64,000 nt of DNA from the human T2T-CHM13v2.0 reference genome, Homo sapiens. Below the pieces are notes generated by a model. The model did not search any database. It was given only the letters and a program-made list of their open reading frames with translations, and was not told where the DNA came from. A program made the position numbers and the translations under genes. Position 1 is the stretch's first letter. Each line of letters starts with the position of its first letter. The stretch lies in the NCBI RefSeq assembly GCF_009914755.1, contig NC_060944.1. The stretch is one strand, 5' to 3'. Positions 17,872-40,112 of this stretch are shown here, one piece after another.

Positions 17872-18055
17872 GCTTGTTGATTGATAATGTTCAAGTCTTC
17901 TGTATTCTTACCGATTTCCTATTCTATCAGTTAGAGGGTGTTAAAATCTCAATTCTGTTTTGCTTGTTGATTGATAATGTTTAAGTCTTCTGTATTCTTA
18001 CCGATTTTCTGTTCTATCAATTATAGAGAGAGGTGTTAAAATCTCAATTCTGTTT
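17872..18055. repeat. About 90-bp tandem duplication (2 copies)
   Basis: GCTTGTTGATTGATAATGTT...AATCTCAATTCTGTTT starts at 17872 and 17962. Confidence 0.92.
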
Positions 18056-18366
18056 GTTTTTGGTTTGAAATTTACTTATAAGGTACATAAGCATTTATGA
18101 TTGTCGTCATCTTGATGAATTGGTCTCTGTCATTTTGAAATGACAGAACTTACTTTGTCTCATAATATAGCTACTCGTGCTTTTCATTTGATTAGTGTTT
18201 GGCATATATTTTTATATTTTAAAAAAACTTATCACCTGTGTCTTTATGTTTAAAGTGGTTTTTTTTCCCAGGCATCATGTGTTTGGGATCTTGCTTTTAT
18301 CCAGTTTGATAGTGTTTGCCTTTTAATTGGAGTTTGTAGACTATTTATGTTTAATGTGATTACTGA

Positions 18367-18636
<270 letters not shown>

Positions 18637-18705
18637 TGAGCCACTGCGGCTGGATGTTTACTGATTTTTATAGAGTTTAAACAACCATCTTTTCTATTTG
18701 TCTGA

Positions 18706-19167
<462 letters not shown>

Positions 19168-19725
19168 TGAGCCACCGTGCCTGGCCTAATTTTTGTATTT
19201 TTAGTAGAGATGGGCTTTTGCCATGTTGGCCAAGCAGGTCTCGAATTCCTGACCTCAAGTGATCCCTGCCCTTGGCCTCCCAAAGTGCTGGCATTACAGG
19301 AGTGAGCTACGCCATGCCTGGCCTGGATTGAGGATTTTTTAGTGGTTCATTTTTAAGTCCTTTCTTGGCTCATTAGTACTTTGTTATTTTAGTGGCTGCT
19401 TTAGTGTTTATTGAGTTCAGCTTGTGAAACTCAGTCTTTAATATTATACCACTTCACCTATATTACAAGAACCTTATAGCAGTACACTTCATTTTCCCTT
19501 CAGACTTTGTGCTATGTTTGTCATACACTTCACTTTTACATATGTTGTAAACTCCACAATACATTATTATTTTTCATTTAAGTAGTCAATTTTTTTAAAA
19601 CAATTTTTTTTTTTTTGAGACGGAGTCTCACTCGGTTGCCCAGGCTAGAGTGCAGTGGTGCAATCTTGGCTTACTGCAGCCTCTGCCTCCTGGGTTCAAG
19701 TGATTCTTATGCCTCAGCCTCCTGA

Positions 19726-20058
<333 letters not shown>

Positions 20059-20591
20059 TAATGTGTTTCTTGTAGTGTAGGTCTGCTGGTGATATCTTTA
20101 AGCTTTGGTGTGTTTGAAAAAGTACTTCCTCTTGTTTTTAGAAAGATATATTCCTTTGATACAGAATTCTAGGTTGACAGGTTTTTTTCATTGTGTACTT
20201 TAAAGATGTTGCTCCACTGTCTCTAGCTTGCATTATTTCTCCTGTAAAATCTGTTGTTATTTTAATCTTTGTTCTTCAGCGAGCAAATTTATCTTTTTTG
20301 CCTTTTTTGGTTAATTTTTAAGATTTTCTTTTTATCACTGCTTTTTCAGCAATGTGTTTATTATATACTTTGTTGTAGTTTGCGTCATATTTCTTGTGTT
20401 TGAATTCTCTTGAGCTTCATGGATGAAATTTACGTATTCAGCTACTATTTCTTGAAATATTTTTCTTTTGTACTTCCCCACCGCATCTGGAGTCTGTAAT
20501 TACATGTATATTTGGCTGCTTGAAGTAGTCATACAACTCACTGATGCACTGTTATGTTTTTTAGTCATTTGATTCTCTTTGTTTTGGGTAG

Positions 20592-20942
<351 letters not shown>

Positions 20943-21767
20943 TAGAGTGCTGGGATTACAGGAATGAGCGACCACACCTGGTTTGTTTCTTAAAAAACAT
21001 CTTATATTTCTCTGCTTAACGTGCTCAATGTTGAACATGTGAAATATAATAACTTTTCATAATCTCTTCTGATTCTGTCTCTATATCATCTTTGGGTCTG
21101 TTTTTATGTATTCTATTTTTCTTGTCATTATGGGTCAGATTTCCCAGTTCTTTGCAATCCTAATAAATTCTGTTTAGATGAAAGACATTGTGAATTTCAC
21201 TTTGGGTTGTGGATATTTTTGTATTCATGTTGGTATTTTTGAGATTTGTTCTGGAGTGCAGATGAGTTAGCTGGAAACTAATTCTTTTGAGGCTTGCTTT
21301 TTAGCTTTGTTAGGTGGGGCTTATCCTTTCTGTGTTTATTTTTGTAAGGGTATACAGATATACATGTTTTCTTATTTCCCTCTTTATTTATTCTTATTTA
21401 ATCTGTAACAATCTTTTTCCTTATATTCGTAACATTCTTAGTTAGGGAGTAATTACCTCTTCCCTAACTGTTGCATTAGCTTCTTAATTGGCACTCTGGT
21501 TCCCAGACTTTTTCTGTCTCTAATGCAGTGTACAGACTACTGTCAGAATAATTCTAAAGCACAATTCTGATATTGTCACTGTATTGCTTTTCAGTGCCTA
21601 CAGCAGTAGGATTCACTTAAAAAATTATTCCCCTAATGGTAATATAAAAAATTTTTTTGAGCTCAAACTCTCATTCTCTCTCAGTATACATATTTGTTTA
21701 TACATGAGGTCACATACTGCTTACTAAGTTAGCATTTTTTATGTGTTCATTTTGAAATAACTCTGAA

Positions 21768-22718
<951 letters not shown>

Positions 22719-23170
22719 TCTGGGACATAAGTTTAAAAGTTATAGGCCAAGTGCCTTGGCTCACGCCTGTAATGTCTTTGCATTTCATCAGTTTTTCCAC
22801 TGTTATCTTTCTGTTACAGTACACGGTCAGAATACCACATTGCATTTAGTTGTCATGTTTCCTTAGATGTGAAACAAATTTACCAATTGTAGTAGGGTAT
22901 TTACGTATAGATCGGTTCGTTTGTAGCCTTATAGTATCTAGTTAAAACACTGTTATAAAGTTATTGTTATGTATCCTTTTGGGTGTGGTTTCTTTCCTTA
23001 GAAAAATACATTTAAAATTCATTCATGTTGTTAAATGAATCAATAGGTTGTTTCTCTTTTAAAAATTGAGATGAAATTCACATAACAAAATTAACCATTT
23101 TATTTTTTTAATTTTATATATATTTTCTGAGATGGAGTCTCACTCTGTAGCCCAGGCTGGAGTGCAGTGA

Positions 23171-23801
<631 letters not shown>

Positions 23802-23814
23802 TGGTTTTGTTTTA

Positions 23815-24147
<333 letters not shown>

Positions 24148-24601
24148 TCAATACTTTAAAGATGATATACCACTGTCTTGTCACTCACCTTGTTTCTAAC
24201 AAGAAATCTGCTATCTTTGTTCTGTATTTTGCATGCTTTTTTTTTCCTTGCTGCTTTTATTATTTTCTCTTTATTACTGGTTTTGAGCATTAGATTATGA
24301 TATGCCAGTATGGTTTTTCTTGTGTTTATTGTGCTTGTGGTTCATTGATGTTCTTGGATATGTCGGTTTATAGCTTTCTTCAGGTTTCGGATTTTTTTTT
24401 TTTTTGGCCATTTTTTTCAAATTATTTTCCATTTAATTTCTCTTTTCTTTTTAGTCAGGTACTCTTTATCCAAACATTAGGCTGCTTGAAGTTGCCCCAT
24501 AGCTTACTGATAGTTTTTGTTTTAACCTGTGTTTTATTTGAAAGATTCTATTTCTGTGCCTTTGAATTTACTTTCTTTTGCAGTGTGTAATCTGAAGTTA
24601 G

Positions 24602-24859
<258 letters not shown>

Positions 24860-26321
24860 TGAACTCCTGACCTCAAGTGATCTGCTTGCCTCAGCCTCCC
24901 AAATTGATGGGATTACAGGTGTGAGCCACCATGCCCGGCCATATTTTACCTTTTTTTATCGTTAGAATTTTGATTTGGTTTAAAAAAAAAATCTTTCCTG
25001 TCTCTACTTAAGTTTTTGAATATATGAAATGCAGATATAACTCTTATAATGTCCTTGTGTACTCATTCTAACATCTGTGTCATTTCAGGGTTGGTTGCAA
25101 TTGACTATTCTCTTTAGTATACTTTTTTTTCCTTGCCTCTTGCCTGGTGATCTTTGATTGGATTTCAGACATAGTGAGTTTTACCTCGTTGGGTGCTGGG
25201 GATATTTGTATTTCTACATATGTTCTTTAACTTTGTTATTGGATGCAGTTAAGTCACTTGAAAACCGTTGATTCCTTTAGGTCTTGTTTGTAAGATTTGT
25301 TAGCTGGGAACGGTGTAGTAGTTGGTTTATGGCTAATTCTTCCTCACTTCTGAGACAAGATTCTTCCCAAATCTTGAGGGTTGTCTTGAGATTTCCAGTC
25401 TAATAGCTACTTGAGTGGGTAAGGGCAGAGTACTGTTCATAATTCTTTTGGGTGTTGTTTTCCTCTCCTTGCTGCCCATGGTCTTGGGTAGTTTCATCAC
25501 ACTATGGGCCACTCAGTACTCAGTGAGTACCTCTCTAGATCTCCTCAGCCCTCTACTGTGTGGTATTGTCCCATGAATTCTAGCTGCCTAAGTCCTGCAC
25601 TCTGAGCTGAGCTCGCTGTCTTCAATTTTGAGTTCTGCAGCCTCCATAGGGCTTCTGCTTCTGCATGGTGCCCAGGAAACTCTCTTCAGGCACTAAGTTT
25701 GGCCATCATAGGACTCATATCTTTGTTTCTCTTCCTTTGGGGATTACTGTCTCTCATTGCCTGCTGCGCAGCATCTTGAAAGCTATAGTTTCATGTTTTG
25801 TTAGTTATTTTAGTGGTTTAAGGTGAGAGGGTAAATCTGGTCCCTGTTGTGCTTGAAAAGTTTTTTTCAACTTTTCTTTTAGAAATAATTTTAGGTTTAC
25901 TAAAAGCTGCAGAAATAATACAGAGTTCTGAGGTGTCTTTCACCCACTTCCCCCATGATAACATTTTACATAACCATAGTATAGTTATTAAAACTAGGAA
26001 ATTGACATTGGTATAATAGTGTTAACTAAACCTCATGCCTTATTTCATATTTTCACATGAACTATTTTGAGCTGGCATGGTTAATATACAGTTCTATGAA
26101 GTTTTATCACGTGTATAGATTTCGTGTAATTATCACTAGTCAGGTTATAGAAGTATTCCATCATTTTAATGAAATGCCTTTGTACTACTCCTGTGTAGTC
26201 ATCATGTCCTCCTTCCAGCCTCCACCACCAATCAACCAACCAACTTTAATCCTGGCAGCTACCAGTTGTCTGAATTTTATCACTTTTGCTATAATTTTAT
26301 CTTTCTCAGAATGTCATAATA

Positions 26322-26932
<611 letters not shown>

Positions 26933-27249
26933 TAAATAGAATCATATAATATGTTACCTTTGAGATTGGCTTTTCTTTTTTAACTCGGCAAAATGCCTTT
27001 GAAATCGATCCAAGTCCTATGTATTAACACTGTTTCTTTTTATTGGTGAGTAGTATTCTATTCTTGGGCACACTACAGTTTACCCATTCTTCCATTGAGA
27101 GCATTTCTCCCCCCTAAATTACAAACAGAGATGGAGTCTTGCTTTGTGGTTGGTCTCCAACTCCTAGGCTCAATCTATCCTCCTGCCTCAGCCTCCCAAA
27201 GTGCTGGGATTAGAGGCATGTGCCACTGTGCCTGGCCCCACTGAAGAAC

Positions 27250-29760
<2,511 letters not shown>

Positions 29761-32700
29761 ATTGATATAAATAATTATGCTTTCTTTTCACATCTTATTG
29801 TTTTAGTTTGCATTTCCTTGATGATGAATTCCTTTTCATATGCTTACTGACCATTTTATCATCTTCCTGCGTGAATTTTCTATTAGTTTTGCCCATTTAA
29901 AAAAAGTTTTTATTTTGTAGCAATTTTAAGCTTTCATAAAGTTCTAAGTACAGTACAAAGAACTTTATTTTTTTCTGACCCATTTTAGAGCCCTGTTGTT
30001 CCTTACTATTTTTATTTATTTTTTGAGACAGGGTCTGTCACTCTGTTGTACAGACTGGAGTGCAGTGGTACTATCATAGCTCACTCCAGGGCATAAACGA
30101 TCCTCCTGCCTCAGCCTCCTGAGTAGCTGGGACAAGTGTGTGCCACCATGCCTGGCTAATTTTTTTAATTTTAATTTTTTGAACTTCTGGGCTCAAGCGA
30201 TCCTCTTGCCTCAGCCTCCCAAAGTGTTGGGATTATAGGCATGCACCACCGCACCTGGCCCTACCCTTAATACTTTAGTATTAATGTTTTAGTATATTTG
30301 CCTTAAAGTTAATGACATTCTCCTTGCTACCTGTCCACAATACATTCATAAAATTCAGAAAATTACACTGAGTCATTATTACCATCTAATCTTCAGATTT
30401 CATTAAAGTTTAGCTAATTGTCCATGTAATGTCCTTTTTGTCCAAAGTATCTAGGTCAGAATTATGTGTTGCATGGAGTTGTCATATGTCTTTGGTCTCC
30501 TTCATTCTAGAACAGTTCTTTAATCTTTCTTTGATTTTCGTGACCTTGACTCCTTTGAAGACTACAGACCAGTTATTTTGTGGAATCTTTTTTAGTTTGA
30601 ATTTTCTCATAATTGGATTCAGGTTTTGCATCTTTGTCAGGTATAGCAGAGAAGTGATGCTAGGTTCTTAGTGTGTCCTGTCAGGTAGCTCTTTATTTCA
30701 GTTTTTCCTATTATTGATTATCTCTTTGATCACTTGGTTAAGGTAGCATCTGCCATCCTTCATCACTATAAAGCTCCTTTTTACCCCCACCCCTTTTTTT
30801 TTGAGATGGGGTTTTGCTCCTCTTGCCCAGGCTTGGAGTGCAATGTCTCAAAAAAAAATTAATAGTAATATATACAGTCATAGTTAGAAGCCAAGATCTA
30901 GTTTCTAAATGTTTGCTGCTGTTGGAGTGTTGGTGATCCCAGTTCCTTTCAGTGGGAAGGGGCTAAGGAATATATGGGTATATTTACATACATACACATA
31001 TGTTCACTCAATCTATATTTATATCTGTCTTTATCTAAATATGTTGAAAACTATGAGCTTACCCCAATAATACAAGTTCTAATCCAGTCATTCTAGTTTT
31101 TTCCCTTTCCATATGTATAAGTCCTTTTTCCAACAATAATAAATCTGGGCTGGGCGCAGTGGCTTACACCTGTAATCCCAGCACTTTGGGAGGCTGAGGC
31201 GGGTGGATTGCTTGAACACAGGCGTTCTAGATCAGCCTGGGCAACATGTCAAAACCCCATCTATATGGGGAAAAAAAAAAAAGTTAGCCAGGTGTGGTGG
31301 CACATGCCTGTAGTCCCAGCTACTCAGGAGGCTGAGGTGGGAGGATCACTTGAGCCCAGGAGGTCAAGGCTACAGCGAGCCGAGATTGCACCACTGCACT
31401 CCAGCCAGAGCTACTGAGTGAGACCCTGTCTCAAATCTATTCCCTAATATATTTACCTAATTATTTAATCACCCACTCTTCACTGTTGCAGCCCTTTCTT
31501 CATGCAGATGTCCTCTTTACTTTGCTTGGACTCCAACACCCTGTGTTGGGTTGGCTCCACTCTCATCCCATGGATGAGTTCACTCAAGCTCTGACCAGTC
31601 ACATCAGGGTGTTCTCCCATATACATGCCCTTCTCAACCCGCGTGGGCTTCAATACTCTGTCCTTTGTCATTCCCTGTTTGGGCATTTCACTCATCTTGA
31701 TCTCCAACTCTCACGTCATACCACACTCAGATACACACAGATACCTTCTGTGCTCCACTCAGGCTCTGACTCTCTACTCTTGTCTACCTAGCCTCAGGCC
31801 TCCACTTTTGTATGGATGCCTACCTTGCTGTGTACCATGTAATGGAAGGGAAGACTAGTTTGGGGGAAGAGAAGGGCAGCTCTTCCCATTTAAAAAGATT
31901 GGTTTGTCTTTTTGTTTTAGGTTTATAGAATTGAAATATATAGGTGGGCTTGGTGGCTCACGCATGTAATCCCAGCACTTTGGGAGGCTGAGGCAGGTGG
32001 ATCACTTTGGTTTAGGAGTTTGAGATTAGCCTGGTCAACATGGTGAAACCCCATCTCTACTAAAAATACAGAAAAATTAGCTGGGTGTGGTGGAGGGTAC
32101 CTGTAATTCCAGCTACTCAGAAGGCTGAGGCACAAGAATTGCTTGAACCTGGGAGGTGGAGGTTGCAGTGAGCTGAGATCGTGCCACTGCTCTCCAGCCT
32201 GGGCAACAGAGCTAGACTCCGTCTCGGGGGGAAAAAAAAGAATTGAAATATATGTATACACACACATATACACACTCTGGATACATACTGTATCCCGAGT
32301 ATGTGTTTTGCAAATATTTTCTCCCAGTCTGTGGCCTGCCTTTTATTTCTTTTCTTTTTTTTGAGACAGGGTCTTCCTCTGTCACCCACGCTAGAGTGCG
32401 GTAGCACAGTCACAACTCACCGCAGCCTCAACTTCCTGGGCTCAAAGTGATCCTCCCACCTCAGTCTCTTGAGTAGCTGGGACTACAGACACGTGCCACC
32501 ACTCCTGGCCCATTATGTCTGTTTTTTGTAGAGATGACGTCTCACTATGTTGCCTAGGGTGGTCTCAAACTCCTAGGCTCAAGTGATCATCCCACCTCAG
32601 CCTCCCAAAGTGCTGGTGAGCCACCATGCCTGGCCTGGCCTGGCCTGCCTTTGCATTTTTATTAAAGTGTCTTTTGATTAGAAGTTTTTTTGTTTTGAGG

Positions 32701-32762
32701 AAGTCTGTTTTATCCACATTAAAACAATATGTTTTTAGGAACTTTTGCCTATCTATTAATAG

Positions 32763-32993
<231 letters not shown>

Positions 32994-33861
32994 TAGTAGA
33001 GATGGGGTTTTACCATGTTTGCCAGCCTGGTCTTGAACTCCTGACCTCAGGTGACCTGCCCGCTTCAGCCTCCCAAAGTTGCTGGGATTACAGGCTTGAG
33101 TCACCATGCCTGGCCTCAAATTAATTTCTATGTACGGTTCGAGGTAGTCATTCAGGTTTGCGTTTTTACGTGTTTATCTTGTTTCAGCTTTATTTGTTGA
33201 AATGATGTTCCCCTCTTTATTGAATAGCTTTGGTGCCTTTGTCAAAAATCAGTTGAGTCCATACATAAGGATATGTTTTTGTACTCTGTTCTGTTCCATT
33301 AATCTATCTATTTTTATACCAATATTTTACTCTCCTGATTTTAGTAAGTCATGAGATTGGATAGTGTTAGTAGTGTGAATCCTCTGTGTTCTTCCTTCTT
33401 AAAATTGCTTGGACTGCTTTTGGTTCTTTGCATTTATTTTTCTTTCTTTTTTAGAGACAAGGTCTTGCTCTGTCGGCAGGCTGTAGTGCAGTGACGCAGT
33501 CCTAGCTTACTGCATCCTAAAACTTCCGGGCTCAAGCCATCCTCCTGCCTCAAGCTCCCAAGGCGCTGGGATTATGTGTGTGAGCCACCATGCCCAGCCT
33601 TCTTTGCATTTTCATATAAATTTTAGAATCAACTTGTCAATTTTTATCAATTAAAAAAATTGGGATTTTGATTAGGATTATGTTGACTTTGTAGGGAGAA
33701 TTAACTTCTCAACAGCATTTTTTTTCAATCCATGAACATGGTATAATCTCCAGTTATTATCATCTTTAATTTTTCTTAGTGTTTTATAGTTTCCAATGAG
33801 GTCTTGCATGCCTTAACATTTTTTTCTCAAGTATTTTTATTTTTTTAATTTTTTAAATTAA

Positions 33862-34129
<268 letters not shown>

Positions 34130-35053
34130 TAGGCGTGAGCCACCATGCCCAGCCTCAGCTATTTTTATTTTCGATGCTATTATACATGGAATTTGTTTTA
34201 AAAATTTGTTTCCCAGTTTTTTGCCCTAGCAGGTATATAGCTGATTTTTCAATAACTTGTAATTTTGACATAATTTCAGACACGATTGTATTTGCTTTAT
34301 AATTCTAGCTACATGTTATTTTTTTCATGTACTAAAGTGCAGACATAATGCCCCCTAACCTCTAAATAGTTATTAACAACAAGTACATTCTCTTTCATAA
34401 CCACATTGCAATTATCAATGTCAGAAAATTAATGTTGATATGGTACTGCTTGCTGTCTAATGTGCATACTTTGAGCTGGGCTTGGTGGTATACACCTATA
34501 GTCTTAGCTACTCAGGAGGCTGAGGTGGGAGGATCGCTTGAGCCTAGGAGTTGAAGGCTGCAGTATGCCATGATCAACCCTGTGAATAGCCACTGTACTC
34601 CAGCCTGGGCAACAATAGTGAGATCCCTATCTTTAAAAAAAAAACTGCATATTTTACTGAAATTTTACCTATTCTTTTCTAATGCCAATTATAAAGCAAA
34701 ATTCTGGTTGAGGATCTCATCCTTGATCACATGGTACATTTGTTTGTCAAATCTCATTTTCTTTAATCTGAAAAAGTTCTCACAAACATTGTCTTTTATG
34801 ACTTAATTTTTTTTAAAGTACAGACCATTTATTTTGTATTAATAGTAAGTTCTCCAATATGGATTTGTCTTGATGCTTTTCATTATTAAAGTAATGTTTT
34901 TGACAGGAATACCTCAGCATGTCCTCCTCAGTACATTTTATCAGGAGACACGATACCTGTTTGTCTGATTTCTGATAACGATAACTTCAAACACTTGGTT
35001 AAGGTGGTGTCTGCCTTATTTCTCTCCTATAAATAGTACCTTGTAGAGAGATA

Positions 35054-35532
35054 CAGTAGTCCCCTTTATCTGCTGGGGATGTTTCAAGACCAGTGGGTGC
35101 CTGAAATTACAGATAGTCCCAAGCCCTATATATACTGTGTTTTTTCCTATGCATATGTACTTTTGATAAATTTTATTTTATTATTCCTTTATTTAGTTTT
35201 TAGAAATACGGTCTTACACCGTTGCCCAGCCTGGTCCTGAATGAACTTCTGGCCTCAAGTGATCCTCCTGCACTGGTCTCCCAAAGTGTTGGGATTACAG
35301 GTGTGAGCCACTGTGCCCAGCCCCCCAAGTTTAATTTCTAAATTAGGCACAGTAAAAGAATAACAACAATAACTAAGAATAAAATATAACAATTGCAACA
35401 ATGTACTATAATCAAAGTTATGTGGATGTGATCCTTCTTTCTCTCTCAAAATACTGTAATTTTTTGGACTGCTGTTGACCACAGGTTATTTAAACTGTGG
35501 AAGGTGAAACTTCGGGTAGAGGGCACTTACTG
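35054..35532. mobile_element. Second MER44A-like element with partial Alu insertion
   Basis: TA-CAGTAGTCCCC...TTACTG-TA; internally similar to 26322-26932 (AAATTAGGCACAGTAA, CTCTCTCAAAATACTGTAAT). Confidence 0.78.
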
Positions 35533-35749
35533 TACTTTGAGACTATATGAATAGTCTCATGTACTTTCATTCACTGGTTTTAGCATCCACTGATGAAGGA
35601 TTCCTACCTAAAACAGTTAGTACGCTGAGGCTGGGTGCAGTAGCTCACGCCTGTAATCCCAACACTTTGGGAGACCGAGGTGGGTGGATCATTTGATGTC
35701 AGGAGTTTGAGACCAGCCTTGCCAACATGGTGAAACCCTGTCTCTGCTA

Positions 35750-35981
<232 letters not shown>

Positions 35982-36114
35982 TTAAGTTCCACCATTTATC
36001 TGACATCTATTAGTTGTGGTTTTTCAGTAAGGGGGAGAGCTTTAATTTATTCCCCCATTTGTTTATTCGTTGTGAATTTATGGATTCTTTTTTTTTTTTT
36101 TTTTTTTTTTTTGA

Positions 36115-36963
<849 letters not shown>

Positions 36964-38478
36964 TAGAATAGTATGCATGTATACATCTGTACCTGTTTCT
37001 CTCTTTGTCTGTCTATAGGTAAATATAGTATTCATACTAATACCTTGAAATTAGTCTCTTACTGGGGGTTTCATTCTAACTTTACCTTTCTATATGTGCA
37101 TCTTGCTACTCCAACATTGAACAACCTGGCTTCTATTATGTACTTTGTATCTACCTACTTGCTCAGTTTTAGTATAAACACTTAGTAGTTTTATAATTGT
37201 TAACCCATTCCACTGTGGAAGAACAAATCTAACTAGAACTCAGTATTTGTTTATAGTTCATTTAGGTTTTTAGCCTAAGGATATATAGTCAAAATACTTG
37301 AAGAATTACTTGGGTTAGATCTGTCCTTGTGCCCCTTCAGTGTGGTTATGTTATTCACTTTAAGTATATGTCAGTAAAAATTTTAAATGTATCACAACCA
37401 CTTCCTCTTTTTAGTGCTGTGGGAAAACAAGCACTGTTGCATTACCCTTAAGAAAAGAAATAAATTTTTTTTTTTTTTTTTTTGGAAACAGGTCTCACTC
37501 TGTCTCCCAGGCTGGAGGGCAATGGTGGGATCGTAGCTCACGTCAGCCTCCCAAGTAGCTGGGACTACAGGCATATGCATCCTGGCTGGCTAATTTTTTT
37601 TTTTTTTTTGCAGACATGGGGGTCTCACTATGTTGCCTAGGCTTATCTTGAACTCCTGGGCTCAAGTGATCCTCCCGCCTTGCCATTCCAAAGTGTTAGG
37701 ATTATAGGCGTGAGCCACTGTCCCCAGGTCAAGAAAACAAATGGATACTTTTTTTTGTTGGGGGATTTGATACTATTAACAAAATTATATTTGCATCTAC
37801 CTTTTGACCGATTGTTTCCATTTGATTATTCAAGGCAGTAGTATTTGTAGTTGCAGAATATTAAAAGCCATCTAAATGCTGGTGGTACATGAGGGAGTGG
37901 TTATACTTTGATACATCAACATCATGGAGTATCATGCAGCTGAGAAGAAAATGAGGAAGTTTTCATGAAACGATAGAGTAATTTCCAGAATATATTGTTA
38001 AGTGGAAAATTGAAGAGCAAAATACTCTCTGAGGCACGCAGATTTTGTTGTTGTTGTTGTTTAAGGATGAAGGATAAATAAAACAGATGTGTATATTATC
38101 ATTTGTACAAAAAGAAACACAAGAAGAATACACCGGAAACAATGAGGTTGGTTAGGGGACTAACAGGAATGGAATGGAGAGTTGGAGGGGGATGGAAATG
38201 GAAGGGATGGTGGGGAGCAGTGTCACTTACTCTGAGTATAACCTTTTATATAGTTTTGATTTGTAATCATGTTATATTTCACATAATTCAATATGTAGAT
38301 AAAATAACAAAGATGGGAAATAAAAAACAAAATGGGTTACAAACAAAAGATGAAACCCAGTGCTATTAACAGCTGTACAATTCTTGATGTGTTCAACGTA
38401 TTGATTTCATTCTTCTTTCTGAATGTTTGTTCCTGGAGCCATCTTTTTTCCTGCTCTCCGCATGGACAGTTTGTGGTG

Positions 38479-38591
38479 TAAGGTGGCCAGCCATCCTGGT
38501 TTGCCCACGATTGAGGGGTTTCCCGGGGTGTAGGACTTTCAGTGCTAAAACTGGAAACTCCCAGGCAAACTGGGGCCTGTTGGCTACTCTT
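38479..38591. mobile_element. MER81-like hAT-Blackjack MITE
   Basis: About 110-bp imperfect palindrome with CCTGGTTTGCC...GGCAAACTGGG arms and a GGACTTTCAGTGCTAAAAC core. Confidence 0.7.
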
Positions 38592-39689
38592 TTCACGTGC
38601 ATGTGGCTGTTTTCCTCGGACTTTCCTTATATGTACCTTGGGAATTCTCTTCACTTTCTCCTGGTATGTCCTGCCTTTCCTAGATCTCACACAAATCTCA
38701 TTTATTGTTACTCCTTTAGTTGTGTGCGCATTCTCTACACAATACATTTATGTAGAGCAGATTGACGTAGAGTTGCTTCTAGAGAACAGGTGCCTAGGAG
38801 GTAAATTGAGGCCTTACATGTCTTTATTCTGTGTTCCACACTAGATTGTTGGTTGGGCTCAGAATTCCAGAAGATGTTACTCTTACTACTACATTCTTCA
38901 GAGCTGCTTTTGAGAAACATGCCATTGTGATTTCTGGATATCGTGTGTTTTTTTTGACCGGAAGATTTTAGGATCTGTTTCTCTCCTGTGTTTTGAGATT
39001 TCATGATAATGCTGTGGAATGGGTCTTTTTCATTCATTATGCTGAGTGTTTTGCCTTATTAAACTCGGAAACTGGAGTCTTCTCATTTGGGGAAAATTTC
39101 TTGTATTATTTCTGTCTTTTGGCTTTCTTCCTCTGGACCTTCTATTTGTTGGATGTGGGACTCTCTTAATGGAGCTTCTTTTTCTTTTTTTTTTTTAATC
39201 AGTTCTCTAGGAGATAATCTGTTGTTTTTGGCCTCTCATTTTTAATTTCTAGCAGATTGTTCATGTTCTTTAATGTTGCTTTATTTTTTTAAAAAAATAT
39301 TCTGGCTGAGCTGTAGTACGTGTCTGTGGTCCCGACTACTGGGGAGGCCAAGGTGGGAGAATTGCTTACGACCAGGAGTTTGAGTCCAGCCTGGGCAACA
39401 TAGCAACACCCCATATCTTATTTAAAAAAAAGCACTCTATGTTTGTTTTGGGCCTCTTTGAGAACATTTACTATGAAATTTTATTTATCTTTGTTTCCTT
39501 TCAGTTCTTCTTTTGTTTATTGTGATTATCTTTCATATAACAATGTGCTTAAATAGCTGGTGGTTCTTGATAGGTCACTCAACAGTGAGCAAACTGATGG
39601 ATCCTGTGTTTGTGAGCAGTGTTTATTGGCTGTGATAGAGGGTGGGGACCTAGATGCTTTTAGGGGATCCTCCTGTTATCCATTTCTGA

Positions 39690-40112
<423 letters not shown>

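Noticed and set aside
38337-39037. Cluster of 100-136 aa ORFs on both strands
   Set aside because: Overlaps a palindromic MER81-like MITE and degenerate repeats; no recognisable protein.
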